A DNA stretch of 64,000 nt from Bilabrum cf. latius (lineage: Eukaryota). The first letter of the stretch is position 1; every line of letters begins with the position of its first letter. Below are positions 10,716-25,100 of the stretch, one piece after another. The notes under the pieces are model-generated. The model was not told the DNA's origin and made no database searches. It saw only the letters and a list, made by a program, of their open reading frames with translations. The stretch lies in assembly GCA_965178125.1 (NCBI GenBank), contig OZ237735.1:2232001-2296000 (forward strand), read 5' to 3'. The position numbers and the translations under genes were made by a program.

Positions 10716-13700
10716 TCAGCGGCCAGATTCCCGTTCTCGCAAGGCAGCAAGTCCGGCCGCGAAGAGTGGGTCCAGCGTTGACCCCGTATCCCCAGCTCCG
10801 TCTCTGTTGCCCCGTCTCTAGCTTGCTACCTGCTGCTAAGCCCCTCCAGCACCCGGCAACGATGCTTTGCTCTCTTGCAGGCCAGGCACTCTGGTGCTCG
10901 ACACCACTCCGAAGCTATCCACAGAGCCGCTGCTGCCGCTGAGAGAGGCAGATCTTCTCTGCGATGGGTCTTCACCCGTGGCACCAGCAACCCACAGCTC
11001 CTTGCCGTCGTCATCATCCCGTTGCTGTGTGTCGCTGCTTCCGCTTGGTTCTGGATCGGGAGCACGACGCTGAGCCAATGAATCACCCGACGCGCTGTTG
11101 CCGTTGGAATGGGCAACACTCCCGTCATACCGAGCTGCGATGCCCCCAGAGCCGCTTTCTGACGTGCCCATGGGATCACGCGCACCGCCGTGCGAACCGA
11201 ACCGGGTGTCCACAGCATTGCCGGTGAGCTCCGCAGCATCAGCCAGCTGCTCCTGCCGCCCATCGTGCAAACGTGAGGGACTGATGAGCGGAGAAGACGT
11301 TTCCTCCGACATAGCTGACGCGGTGCTGGACCCACCAGCACCAGAACCACCCGGTCGCATCGCATGATGACCCGTGTCCTGCAACACCCCGAGGCCATCG
11401 CGGATCGCCTGAAGCCTGTGTGCGAGGCCGACAGCAGGCCCGATGGCCTCCGTGATGTGGCCCGCCTGCCTCCACGTGTCCCAAGCTGCGATCGCAGACC
11501 GCACAAGGACGACCATGCCGGCTTTGATGGCCACCCAGCTGAGTGGGATGACGATTCCCACGACTCCCCCGAGGCGAGCGTTCACAGGGTGCTCTGCCCT
11601 CACCGTCAGGATGAGCAGAGCGGCCAGTGTGGGCAGCAAGCTCTGTAAGTTTGCGAGAGAGAACCTCCTTCCCATGGATGGGCTGCATGCTGCCAGGGCC
11701 AGCACGCCCAAGATGGGGGACAGGATAGCCAAGGGGGGGATGCAGAGCAGAAGGATGAGGGTGACCCAGCCGGCGCTGTCGAGGTCTCCGTTGGTTAGGG
11801 ACGCGCTTTCGGGCTGCCTGCTTGCAGCCGACATCGCCACGATTGCAGTGGGCACCAGCACGGTGGTAAGCAGTACGTCGGCTATGACAAGCGCGGTGAG
11901 GCCTGCAACAACCAGTCGTGGGTGCTGCGGCTGCGGCGCGTGGTCAAAGGGCTGCATGAAGGCGGGCAAGCACCCGCAGCTGCATATGTAGCTGCCAGTC
12001 TGCGCTGCCTGACGCAACTAGGCCAGCTCTGCGCACGGTCCGTCGCCACAGCATTTATTCGATGGCTTCCTATCTCTGTCCAGAAGCAGCTTGCCGCCGC
12101 GGGCCCGCCCCAGTCCGTAGACCTTACCCGCTATCGAGGTGCCGCCGCTCCCTACAGGCCCCACGTAGCCCCCGAGGGTAGACTGCTGCGCCCGAAGAGA
12201 GCCAACACCGGCCTCCGCAGCGGCGCCAGCTGACAGCCGCCGGGACTGACGGCGGGCTGCTTTCCTGTGGGCACGGGCCCATGGGGCCCAGAGCTCCGGG
12301 TTCCGGGCTTCGAGGGGTAGCAGCCGCACCCTGTCAGGAAGGTAGTACTCCACGTCCCCCGTTGGATGAACGATCTCGTCTGCGGGCAGCAAGACCAGAG
12401 ATAGCCGGCTCTTGCCCGGCTACGGGGTCGGAGAGGCGTTGGTCACACCCACGGCGATCTGGGAGGGTCCTCGAGCGGCAAGAAGTTCCGCGTTCAGGTC
12501 CTGAAGCGCGACCTGGAGGTCCACCAGGCACGCCATCGTCTGTCCAACTGAGCGCTGTGCGCCACACCCAGCCGTCGGGTTGATTGGAGATGACGAGTAG
12601 AGAAGTGAAGCAGCATCAGAGCTCGATGCTACAACTGGGCCATCGGCCGACGTGGTAGGAAGTGCCAGCTAGGTGCCGGTGCTCCAACGCACCGAGCTCT
12701 CTTGCCGGTCAGAGTAGGATCCTGCAGCTGATGCAGCGCTAGAGATCGACGGTCCATCGTCGTCTGAGCTGCTGTTTGAGCCGTCCTGCTCCTGCTTGCC
12801 AGCTGGCTCCTCTGAGGGCACAAGCTGGGCAAATCTGGCCATAGGGCTGCCCTGCCCGTCATTGCTGGAGCGGCTCGAGCGGCGCCTCCTGCGGCGCTTC
12901 CTCATTGATAGGCTCCTGGCGTGCATGTCCAGCACAGCGACAAGTGCAGTAGCCACAGACTTGTGGTCGAGTCTGCGGGCGGCCCACACAACGCGGTTAA
13001 AGGATACGCTGCCCCACTGGCCCCTCGGCTGCTTGGGGATGGACCAGACGCCACCTGCCATGCGCGTCCCAGCGACAGCAAGCAAAGCTTGCGCGAGCGG
13101 TCGCGGTTGAGCTGCCAGGGGATTGCGCGGGTGACTGGCTGCGGGCGTTGATCCTGCGTGGGACCACGGAGTCGACATCTCCGCCCGTTGCTGCTGTCTA
13201 GCCTTGGAGGAAGCGCCCTATTGACCCCCTTCGCCTGCTCCAAGGTCTCCACCCTGCCAAGGGCCGTCGGTCACGGCAAGATACGGTGCAACTAGGCTCA
13301 GCAACGCCGATATCACCAGCACGTCACTCGTGTCAACTCGTAGCGGTGCCGACACAGACCCGTCTCCCACTAGGGGAAGCACGGCCGGAAGCCTTGGCTA
13401 GCCGATGGGTGCACCAGCAGTCGTCCGTTCAGCACCATCCTGCGAGTCTGGGGCTTCCATGCCCCTCCCACCACCAGATGTCCTCCCTTTGCGGTGCACC
13501 AGCACGTCGAGATACGCATTCCTGTAGTCGGGCGACACTCCAAAGCGCAAGCAATCGCCACGAGCGTTCGACTGGACGTCTCGGAAAAGTGCTAGCTCGT
13601 ACATAGACACGGCATCCGCCACAGCCCTGGCCTTCTGCGATCGAACTGCAGAGGACAGGAGCGTGCTGAGCGGCCTGCAGCAGATGCGGGCGGCAGATAC

Positions 13701-16700
13701 AAGCATCAGGTCGCTGTCTTGCCATGCAGCTGCCTATGCAATCGCTTGCTCTAGCTGTTTAAGCTTGTCTTGCGACACGACTCCGAGCAACTCCGGCGGG
13801 ACGGTAGGGTCCAGCTTCCACGGGCGATTCCACTGGTTCTCACCCTGCAGATGCAATCGATGCACGTGCCTTCCTAGATCCCTCCATCCCAACTACAGCT
13901 GGGGCTGCCATGGGACTGCGGGAGCCGGCCCTGGCAGCGGCGGCCGCACGAGGACGCCGCTGCTCCTTGCAGCGTCGTACACACCGGAGAGCATGCTGTG
14001 CAACCCACTAGTTCCCAGCTGCAGCATCTATCGGTTCAGCTGCACCCAATCTTGCTCCACAACCTGTCGGTTGCAGCAGCCCGGCAACTCCGGCGGTTGC
14101 GCGACCGGGGGATCGGAATGTCTTGAATGCCTTCCACTGCCCTGTGAGCTGATGCCCGCAGCAGGCTGCTAGAAGTCGAGTGCGCTCATCCTGGCCCTGC
14201 CTGCCGCGTGGTGCACACCTCGTTTGGGGGGTGATGCGTTGCTAGGACGTCGCCGTGAGCCAATACCTGTCCGAGAGAAGGCTGGCTCGGGCGAGTACGC
14301 AGCCAGAGTGCGCCCGCTTGGCGTGCCCGGTTGCACCATCCTACGACTCGCAGCGGCAAGGCGGCTGCTGCCATGCACCATGCTTGCATGAGGCGATCCA
14401 ACGCTGTTCCTAGGAGAGGAATTGCTAAGCTGAGATGCGTATCCAGCGGACGTCACTGGCTGAAACTGCTCCGGACGCTTCGCATTCGCAGCATCGGCAC
14501 CCACTCCCAAGCTGCCATGTGGCGTGAGCACGAGTGACGACGCCATCACTTCTTTGGCAGCTGCACCCAGAGATGACCTGGGTGCCGGAGCGGGATCCAC
14601 GTGGCTGCCACCCAGGAGCGGCGTCTTGACCGAACCTGTTGGCCTGTCCGACACGCCTGTTTGCACCCTGTCCCAGCCTACCACCTCAAGGTCAGCGGCA
14701 AGCCCTGCCACCGACATACCCGCACCACGATGAGCGACTGCCGCAGATGTGCTGCTGCTAAACCTGGAGCCCTGCAGCGATGTCTGCGCTACGAGATCCT
14801 GGAACTGCGCGATGCGCCTCAGTTCCATCCAGAGGGCGGCTTCGCCCGTGGCCTGCAGCTCCTTGGATGACACTGGGTTGGGATCAACGCAGATGCATAG
14901 CAGGCCGTTGCAGTCAAATGGTCGCTGCTGCACGCCAGGCTAGCGGCCGCTTGCGTCCTCAGTATTGAGCCTGCGAGCGCGACCACCCTTTTGCTTCTTG
15001 GTGGAAGCACACGAGCAGCAACCCGCCTGACAACGACACACGCGGGCTGGCATGTATCGCGAGCACGCAGGGAAAAATCCAAAGCACCCGCAGCAGCACC
15101 CACAGCAGCACAAGAACTGAACCATTCCACCGCTGACGACGGCGCAACCGCGAGCGACCCTCCGATCGCAGAGCCCACCGGTGGCAGGTGACACCGTCAG
15201 CCAGCCGAACAACAGCGTAAACAGCGCCAAGCCGCAAACAAATGCAAGTACTTGCCAACCGCCACCCTGTCGGAGCGCAAATTCGTACGGGGTGTAGCAT
15301 CCAGACACGCCGATCGTGCCTGACTCACACACAAATTGGCAAGCGTAGGCCTGGGCGCTCTGCACTGGGCCGGAGGCGGGCACGGGCTTTTCCTTGTAGT
15401 AGGAGTTTGCGGGTTTCTGGGGGCATGCCTTGCATCTAGGAGACCCTGATTCAGCGAACTGGCCAACAGGGCATTTTGTGCACGTTCTTCGCTCAATGTC
15501 GGGCATCTGGTTCATCGGGCACTGCTTGCACAACGTGGAGCCCGGGCGGTCCGTGTGGTTGCCGCTGCCGCATGGATTGCACTGCTGCTAGCCTGATAGC
15601 GGCTACGCAAACCCAGGGGGACAAGAAGTGCACGTGCTGGAAGCCTGAGCATTGTTGTACTGTCCCGGTGGGCAGAGAGAGCACTTGGTCGCAGATCCCG
15701 TGCTGTACTCTCCAGGGTGGCACGGGCTGCACTGGTTCTATCCCGCGCTCGACTTGGAAAAGCCCGGATTGCACGGTCGACAAAGGCCCTTGCCATCCGG
15801 ACTCGAGCTGGTTTCGCCAGTAGGCTCAAACCCCGCTTGACAAACTGTACAAGCAGTCGAAGCAGCATTCGGAGCTACTCCAGCAACGCACGGTGAACAC
15901 TTACTGGTCCCCGGCAAGCTGGAGAAGTTACCTGCGGGGCAGTCCAAGCAGCCCATCGCACCTTCCATTGGTTGGTACTGCCCCGCTCGGCAAGCCCTGC
16001 AAACTTCGTTTGTATTCGTGTTGTTCTGAAAGGTACCTGGCTGGCACAACTGGCACAGAGCACCGCCCTCGCCTGTTGTGCACCGAGGCTGTGAAAACTG
16101 CTTCCCCGAACCGCCCGGGCTGCCCCCGTTCATATTGCCGGCCCCACCCTCGGATCGAATCGATCCTGCGAACGATCCCATGATAGGTCGGTCCACGACG
16201 GGCTCCGGCGGGGGCCCTTTCTTCAGCTGCAGCAACCTGGGGCCATTCTGCATGGGCGCCTGGAATCCATGAAGCCTCCACACGGCGGAGCAGTTCTGGT
16301 ACACTGTTGTATTGGACGGGTTGTGCTCGAAATTCTCGGCCAACCACTGCACCGCATCGTCATCGAGCTGCTGCGCCAGTATAAGACCCCCAGCGCCACC
16401 ACCGCCGCCCGCGGCCCAACCTCCGCCACCAGACACATCAACAACGCCAGACTTGCCGCCATCCAGCACGCACGCCTACAGCAGGGCAGATCCACCTGCT
16501 CCACCACCCCCGCCCAACAGGGCTGGATTGGGCCCGCCAACACCAGCCAGGCCACCTGCGTTGATGTGGCCATCCAAAGTGGCGTTGATTACGTTCACCC
16601 AAACGATACCACCTCCAGCTCCGCCAGATGCCGTCGGCCCGCCTCCAGAGCCAACCATCCTTGGTCGGGCGGGATCGTCGTACGGTTGACCACCTGGAGC

Positions 16701-19325
16701 GACAGCAGAAATAGTGAGGCCAGTCACCGAACTGTTGTGAGGCGCGCCGCCTGCACCACCGAAACCGCCATGTCCACCTCCACCGCCAATACCCGCCGGG
16801 GTAGCGCCGCCCGCGCCAGCTCCCAAGCCAGCCCCGCAGCCCAGCCCCGCAGCACTGAGCGCTGAAGTCGCATCGATGTCCGCATGCAAGGCGCACAGCC
16901 GCAGCTTGGGGCCGTTCATGGATGCGCCATTCGCCATCTTCAGCCTTCCAGCAGAGACCCAGACGCTGAATACTCTCGCCTCCTGACTACCAGCCTGGGA
17001 ACATGCCAGCGTTGGCAGAGCATACTTGGTGCGATTCACTGCGCCCCCACCGGCGCACATACCTGTGCTTATGACTTCGTGGCTAGAAACGGACCCGCCC
17101 AGCATCTCAAACGTATTGTTGACCGAGATGTAGATCGTGTAAGCATCTAGCGAGGACTAGTGCTGCATGGAGAGCTCCTAAGCCTGCAGGGTCAGTGATG
17201 TCTCCTGCTAAGGGATGTCCACCTGCGACAGGTCGTTGTTGATCGCTGCATTGTCCACAATCAGCAATGCCTCATCACTAAAATGGACGTACGATTCTGT
17301 GTCCACGGTGAACTGGCTCGACTGAACCTTCAGCACAGCAGCTTGCAGCTCAGAATTTGACAAAGCGATCTGCTACGACTGCAGCTGCAGCACGCTCTTG
17401 GTGGTTGTAAAGTGCGATCCCTATTGCAGGCGGATGTTTGGTACGTTTACAAACACCCCAGATGCTGCCAGGTGACCTTCATTGTCTCCAGCGCTGCTAT
17501 TCGAACGCAAAGAAGGCAGCCCGCCTGCTTGCAAGCTAGACGAAGTCATCTCTAGCTGGTTCACCTGAACGCTTGAGATCCTTGAGATATCCCAGTCGCA
17601 ACCCTGCATTTGCAGCTAGGTTGGAACAGTAGTCAGCTCACCGGGCAGCTGCAGGCCATTCTGCAGAACACCTTGGGCGGTCTGCGGCAAAAGGGTGGTG
17701 GTCCGGTGCCGCAGCCCAGTGATGCCCTCACATGTAATGAGACCCTACAGATCGGGCAGCTGCTCCAATTCCAGCGGTGCGTCGCTGGGTTCAGACCGCA
17801 CGGCATCGGAGCCTGCCTGTTCCGTGGCCGCCTCTAGGTTGTCAAGCTTGGGGGCCTTAGGGACCGGCGCAATCCGAACTGCCACGCCGGCACCGCCGTC
17901 AGGACACGCGTACCTCTGGGGTCTATCGAGAGTCACACCGCCCGATGTGGCCGTGACACCCGTGTCAGATGCAAACAAACCAGTGGTTGCAACCACCGTA
18001 ATGATGCCGCCGCCGCCACCGCACTTGAAGAGCGAGCTGCCTCCCACCGCGCGGAGTGTGGGGATGCCCGCCGGGCTGTTGATGGTTACACGGCCTCCGC
18101 TGATGAAAATAGAACCACCGCCACCCCCTCCCAGGATGTACTGTCCTTCCACGTCCACTGGCGTTTGCCCATTCGCAACGACCACACCGTCGATGCGAAT
18201 ATCCCCAGGAATGGGCTGCGACTCTGAGCCAAGGCCAATCAGTCGGATCCTGCCGCCGCCTCGCGCAAACACAGGGTCTATTTTGTTCCCGGCCTGCGAG
18301 TTGCCGCCGAATTCCCACGGGTAAGACAGTGAGTCGTATCCGAATGCAACGAACGGGGTCGGTGTGGGGGCGCGCAGGGGCTGTGAATCGTCGAGTGGAG
18401 AAGAGGCTGCGTGCGGAGCAACTCGATTGGCAAATGGATCGGCATGCTGCCGTGCTAGTAACGCTTGCTGCACGCTCCATGAAGGAGCTACTGTCCCATG
18501 CATGCTAGAATAGGCGCCTGCTTCAATGATAGGCTCGCCATTCCCGCCTAGCGGGCTGTCCCCTCCAACCGGCCGGCCGGAGCCCATCGACCGAACTGCG
18601 GCTGGTGGCCAGCCGCCATGAGTGCTGTCCAGACGGTGGAGCTCTTCACGAAGTGTGGTCCCCGCACCACGAGAAGAATCATTCTTTCGCAAGAGTTGGG
18701 CATCAATTCCTTCCCGGCGGGCGATGGCTTTCCAAGTCCAAGCAGAACTACGAAGCCTCGCTTGGTGGAGCGGCTCCACCGTCTGGGCGCCTCCCTGGCC
18801 TAGATGCGAGCCCCCACCCCCATCAGCTGCGTAACCCTGACTGTCGAATACCCCCGGTGCCCCACAGCTAGCATTGATCACTGAGGTGGCATCGACCGTC
18901 ATGTATGAAGCTTGCAGCAGTATTGAAGGCGCAACGATTGACGAGCCAATCGTTAGATGTAGCTCGTACGGCGTATTATTAAAGGCAAGAATATCCGAAA
19001 AATCATATCCGCACTGACCTTCGACCTGTCGTCCTTTAATATGTGCGTTCTGGAATGTAATTGAGTAGTTGAAGCTGCACGTCTCGGGCCCACCAGTGTA
19101 TTCGACCGTCTGATTAGCGAATATGCATCCCCCAGGAGCAAGCTTCGTCTTTTCGCACCCAAGAGATAGCGCATCACACACTGATGGTTGTGCTTTCCAA
19201 CCAGCTGCAAGCAATCGATCGGTCGGGCTCCTCTTGGTCGAGGCCTGCGATGGGGCTCCTCTTGAGCCTTGCGTGCTACTAAAGGCGCAGCCAACTGCAA
19301 CCAGCAGTATAAAATACAAATTCAT
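10716..19325 (-). CDS. Large receptor-like membrane protein: signal peptide, Gly-rich repeats, GCC2/GCC3 (ephrin-receptor-like) Cys repeats, TM, and a conserved cytoplasmic/multi-TM C-terminus (plant At5g11700-like family), ~2,869 aa
   Basis: ATG 19325 (MNLYFILLVAVGCAFSSTQG) to TGA 10716 in a single frame broken only by TAGs. Motifs include GGGGSHLGQGG, PWEFGG, GGGGRIRL, GGGGGGSIFI, CxxCxPGxYQ repeats, TM GGWQVLAFVCGLALFTLLFGW, HVHRLHLQGENQWNRPWKL, LRFGVSPDYRNAYLDV, LPLVGDGSVSAPL, and a TM cluster near 11500-11930. Confidence 0.75.
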
Positions 19326-19503
19326 TGTTATGTTTGAGGCTCTCAAGCAGTCATGGGTTCCAAGTCAGGAGAAACCTCTGGGAAACACAGATATGGTATT
19401 ATTAATGAAGTAAGGTGTTAATAGTGGAACCCACGTGCGCTCGCGTCATTCTTTCCTCGAATCCTCGCACAAGAGCTTGCAACTCTCCAACAACGCAAGT
19501 AAA
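19326..19503. promoter_or_regulatory. Short divergent intergenic region (putative bidirectional promoter)
   Basis: 178-bp AT-richer gap between two head-to-head genes that both start with a signal peptide. Confidence 0.45.
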
Positions 19504-22023
19504 ATGATACTGCTTGCATTGGCTATACTTCTACCTGCAATTTGTAAGATTCATAACGCCTATTAGTAACAGAATTGACCCGAACTTCTACGTGCAAGCA
19601 TCCCCTGGGACAATCACCCCCCTTGAACCAATCCAATCGCAGCTGTCGCTGAATCAACATATCATCTCGTTGGAGTCTATGAGACGATGACAAGCGGTTA
19701 GGCAGGATCGCAGATGTCATGTTCCAGTGCAGCGATTCGTGCGACCGACGTGAACGTAAAGGTACAGGTCAACGCCTCCATCATTCAGTCCATCTCATTG
19801 AGCTCAAATACTAGTCACACGATATTTCACGACATTTTGAATAGGACTATTGAAGGCCCGCTGCGATTCAACGTTGTGGGAGCTGCGACTGAAATGAACG
19901 AGGTTCGGATTGGCCTCCTACAACAAGAACGTGGATTCGTCGGGCTTGAGTTGGCTGGGGGGCCACAGCACCCGCGGGTGTGCGCATATATGCACTGGGG
20001 CATCAAGTTTGGCCCGCCATACTTCGCAATGTCGCTCTTGTGGGACGCCGACGGCAACTCTCGTTGCGATTCTGCCGGTGGCACCGTGTCCGTGGAGCCC
20101 AGCGAATCGTACTGCGCGTAGCCAGGCGGGAGACGAAAGTCATCTTTGGTTGCCATTGAGCGTAGGGTTGGCTGGAAAGCATAGCCATGGAGCCTGTGCG
20201 AATCCCAGTCGACAACATGCGATACAGGGCTGCAAACCAGGCAAGTCACCTGCTCCGACAACCTGCAGAACCAGCTTCCAGACTCTGCGTGCAACGGCTT
20301 GGAACGGCCTCCATCGCAGCAAGCATGCGTACACGTGGCATGCGAAAACGTTGCAACGCCTCCAGCATCGGTTGCTTCTTCGGCGATCTTTTCAGCTCTG
20401 CCAGAAGCCCTGCTTGGCGGGTGGGTTGGTATCTATGCAACACGAACCACCCAGGCATACTGCGGGCGGACCATGAAGCGCAGTGTCGTTGACATCGAAA
20501 TTACGCAGGGAGACTCCGGTTCTACAAACGGCAGCCTTGTGCAGCTCCCTCGATTGAAGATGAGCACACGGAGCGGCATCGCAACCCCCCTTCCCCTTGT
20601 CTCAGACATGCTGCTATCCGGGACGGAGTCTGGCACTGCAGTGTAGTTCATGTTTGAGGGGATCATCACTGGGTACGATGAATAGACGGGAACTCTCTCG
20701 GTAATGAACCCGGCTATTCCCGCAGCGGGCTCAAAGGCCCTCCGCTTCTTCCCGAACGTCGAAGGGATTCTTGGCGTGCGCGAGGACGAGAACCTCGCGA
20801 ATTAGCACCACCTTCTGGAAGTCGGGCCGGGGGCTGCACTTCTTGCGTTTAGCTATGACGCACCGGAGATGACGTCTTTCCTACCTGGCCCGAACGGAAC
20901 TGCGTCCTGCGCACCGAAAGACACCCCCCTCCTGGATGACCTCTGGGCGGCTGCACCCGCCGGCCGGGTTGACTTCTTCAGAATCAGCAGGAAGTCTGGC
21001 CAGTTCCAGCTAGGTCCCTTCGAGGAATGCGAGCCTAATGTGGCTCTGGGCGTGTGCTAGGCTCGCCAAAGCGTCCTAACCGACAAGTGCTTCTTTCCGA
21101 ACAGCACAGATGAGGTTGACTCTGCGCTGTGTGACGGGGCCTCGATGCCTGCAACGGTCATGCGCAACTGCTCGGCGTGTGTCGCATTCGAGCTGAGCGA
21201 GTGGTCTAACTGCACGGCGAAGTGCAGCGGCGGCGTGCAGGACAGGACGATCACCTGCGTCAAAACATCGTCGGCGTCTCGCCCGCCCCAGCCGCTGTCG
21301 ACGTGCTCTGCCATCCTCGGTACAGGCATTCCGGCGGACGAGCAGAGGTGCAACATTGAGCCTTGTGCATCCTGGGTGGTGGGCCAGTGGGGCGCGTGCT
21401 CGTAGCCATGCGGGCCGGGACAGCAGACAAGGACGGTTGAGTGCCGAGAGCTACAGTCAGGCAAGCTGATTGAGACTAACACGTAGAGGCGCTGCGGGAC
21501 GGAGCCTGTCGCCGCCATGGCTTGTCAGATGTGTCCATGTGAACCCACGAACCAGGGTGTTATCGAACCCGTGCGAATAATCCCAGAGGCACTGCAAACT
21601 GGGGCCCTGGAGGATCCAAAAGTCGACCCGCTGGAGCCGTACGATCCCGCCTCTACCGACTTCGTTGGGTACCGAAGCGTCAACTCAAGCACGTTCTGCG
21701 GGGTGGGATAGGAGCTACTTACAATGGATCAGTTCAAATGCTTCCCAGCATCGTTCTAGAGAGACCTGTGCGCGCGCGTATACAGCCGTGCCAGCCCTGG
21801 TAGCATCCCGGTGGCGTTCAAGGCCAGGGATGAGGACCTCCCGCTTGATGTGCCTAGGTGGGCCACTGCGGCAGGGGGCCTGCTGGAGGGATAGAACCCT
21901 GACATTGTGCTTCAGGCGTCCGATAGCTAGTGCCGGTTCTTTGAGTTGCAGCACCAGGACAGGGCGTTTGTCTCCCCGGAGCGACAAGCGGCTGTGGGCG
22001 TGTGCAGGACAAAGCTGACCTGA
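19504..22023 (+). CDS. Secreted thrombospondin type-1 (TSP1, ADAMTS-like) repeat protein, ~806 aa
   Basis: Exon 1 19504-19543 (MILLALAILLPAI), GT-AG intron 19544-19642, exon 2 to TGA 22021-22023, with 13 in-frame TAGs. TSP1 motifs are PWSLCESQSTTCDTGLQTRQVTC, SEWSNCTAKCSGGVQDRTITC and GQWGACS*PCGPGQQTRTVEC. Confidence 0.8.
19544..19642 (+). other. Spliceosomal GT-AG intron (99 nt) in the TSP1 gene
   Basis: GTAAGA...ATCGCAG, phase 1. It joins the signal peptide to the main frame and removes the TGA at 19624. Confidence 0.7.
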
Positions 22024-22181
22024 TCGGCCTCGGTCCGAACACTGAGTGCTTGTAAATGATATTGTGGAAAAATAGATGACCTGTACTGATACTGCATGAT
22101 ACCAAAATGATATAGATGGTTGATCTAGTCACTTAAAATAGCAATTGACGTTGCAGTTCGTCTCGCGCATCCAGCCCCTCA

Positions 22182-25100
22182 TCACTCGTCAACCTTGGCT
22201 CCATCCGTCCCTCCGGGAGTAGCCACGCTGGACGAGAGGCCACGAGCATGCCTTGCAAGTGCATCCCCACCCCCTGCCTCGGCCTTCTTTAGCTCCTCCT
22301 TGCGCGCAGCTAGTGCCTCCTCCAGCACCCTCTGTTTGTCCTTGGTCCGATCTGCTCGCGTTCTCGTCTGCGTGCGAGCTTGGTCCATCTCCTTGAGCTT
22401 TTCGTGGATGCGTTGCAGCTCCCCGCTGATGTCCTCTTCGCTTGGCAGGCTACCCGGCTCAAGGGCGGCTGCCTCTGCGTCTTCGTCCGCGTAGTCGGCC
22501 GGGTCCTCTACTTGACCTGACTGAACTGCGGCGTCGCGTCGCTGTGCCGCCGCAACGACCCGCCGCACCAGCTCCAGCTGCCTCGTCTTCTCAGCTCTCT
22601 CTAGCTCCAACGCGTCCACGCGCGCATCCACAGCCTGGGCATCGCGCAGCTGCTGTACGTAAAGCCCGTTGGCAGTGTCCAGCCGCTCCTGGATGAGCTC
22701 GATCTGCCCCCTGAGCATCTCCTGGTACTCGGCCGCAGTAGCGGCCTGTGATGCGGAGGGAACCTCGACGTCGATACCCTCCATGGCCAAGGAACGCCTC
22801 CGGCCGCGCCTGCCACTGCCACGAGACGAGCCACCCGCCTCCCCTGTTGCAGAGGAAACGGCTGCCAGCACGTCATCGTCATCCTCATCCTCGCTGTCCC
22901 CGTCATTGTCCAGCTCGAGGACGTCCTTCTCGAGGCCTTGCAGGTACTTGACCAGCCCATCCCGCTTGCGGAAGGCACCCATCACGGACAGCCGCTCCCC
23001 AATAGACCCCGCCGCGAACCCGTTGTTGCTGTTGCTAGGCATGGTGGACGCCAGGGCAAGGGCGGCCGTCTCCCTTCCGCTCTCCTCGACGTCATCCATA
23101 GGGATCGAGTGGAGGATCTCCTTTACCTCCATGCCCATGCTCTTCATCCGGCGCAGCTTGTCGATGGCGCCTCCGATCCGGCGACGGAATACGCCTCCCT
23201 TGCCGCCTGTGGATCCTGGCTTGGACCCGCGAGCACCAGCGGAAGTGGGCCTTCCTTTAGCCCCCGCAGAGATGGCTCGCTGAAGCTTGCCTCTCCCGTA
23301 CGACGATCCCCTAGTGATCTTGCCAACGGAAGACATCTGCGTGGTGCTGACGGGTCCCTCCTGACCCTCCTCTCCCGACAGGCCGAGGAACTTCGTCTTG
23401 AACATGTGCTGCCCAGCCTGCTTGAGGCAGCGCCGGAACTCGGCCTGGAAGCCACGCCGTCTGTCGCTGGGCACGCTGTCTCCTGGAACAGACCCCAATC
23501 GGATGTGAGCCACCGCATGACACAGCAGCACCAGCAGATCACCCACACCTTGCAGACGGCTGTACCTGACGTAGAGCGTGTTGCTGCGGCGGTCATGATC
23601 GTAGCTGTTCCCGAACGAGTTGTCCTCGGCGCCGTCCCTCGAAGGCAGCTTGGCTGCCACCCGCAGCTTGAGCCCGCCCTTCTCCTCCGGTGACTGGCCC
23701 AGCGCCTCCAGCAGGCCCCTGGCGAACTGCAGCCTGAGCACCTCGCGCTGGCTGAGAGTGTCCCTCGGCATGGGCACCAGCTGTCCTTCCCTCGGTTCCT
23801 TGCGGTCGGCCGTGTCGATGAACACTTCAATGGGTCCGCTGGATCCAGCATCGCCCTCTTTGCTCTCGCCGCCGCCACCACCACCTCCCAGCTCCCCCCT
23901 CGCAGCACGGTCTGCCACCACACGAAGCAGCTTCTCAACTGCCTCCAGCCTGCTCTCGAGCTCCTGCATGTCCTTGGGGTCCATCTGAGCCACCACTGCC
24001 CGGCCAGGGGGAGCCCTCGCGGGAGCTGCCTCCGTGCTGTCCTCAGCGATGGCGCCGAGCGTGGGCTGCACCCGGTTCCGCAGCACCTTGCGCGCGGCGC
24101 GATCCAGGGCGGAAGAGCCGCCGAAGCCGCCACCTCCCAGTCCCATGACTCCTGCGGGACGCTTGGGCGGCGCGGCGAGGCCTCTTCGTGGCGGGAAAGC
24201 AGGAAGACCCGACATCGCCGGCTTGGACGGCTCGTCGGCACCTGCTCCTGACGCCGCAGGGCCCCTAGGGTCAGCCTCCTTCTCTGTTCCGGGCCTAGGC
24301 TTGTCGATGCCGGCCTTTTTGGCAGCCTCTTGCACGGCCCTGGCCTGCTTGGCCATCTCCTCTCTCTGCTTCCGCGCTTCCTCCTCCTTCTTCTTGCGTT
24401 CCTCGGCCTCCTTGCGCCTCCTCTCTCTAGCCTCGTCGGCCTCCTTGGCTCGCTTGATGGCGAGTTCCTCGGCCATCTTGCGCTCCAGCCGGGCACGCTT
24501 GCGAGCCGCCCTCGCCTCGAGCCTCTTCCTGAGCTCGGTATCGTGGGCAATACGCTGCTGCTCAAGGCGCTCTTCCAGCACGCGGCGGTTCTCTGCCAGC
24601 TGCTTCAGCAGACGCTCCCTGTGCTCCGTGTCGAGGTGGGCAGCCTGCTCCTCGGCCTCCTTGCGGGCCCGCTCCTGCTCCGCCTCGATCTGTTCCTTGC
24701 GCCGGCGCATCGCGTCGTCCGCGCGCTTGCGCTCCTCCTCCAGCTGCTACTTGTGCTGCTGCTCCAGCTCCTCCATAGCCTTTTCGTTCTCCTGCCGCAG
24801 CCGCGACTCGAACTGCTTCTTGTCCATTGCCAGCTTCTGCAGGCGGGCCTGGTGGTCCGCTGCCTGCCGCTCCTGGAAGCGCTTCAGCTCCTCCGCTTCC
24901 CGCTCGGCCTCCTGCGCAGCCTGTCTTCTGGCCGTCTCCTCCGGAGCAAGCTGCTCCAAAGTAGCACCAATCTCGGCAAGTTGCCTCTGCTTGAGCTTCA
25001 GCTGCTCCTTGGCGTGCTTGGCTTCGAGTTTCTCCCTCACAGCGTCCTGCGCTTCCTTCTGCTTCTCTTCCCACTCAAGGACGAAGTCCTCCATCGCAGC

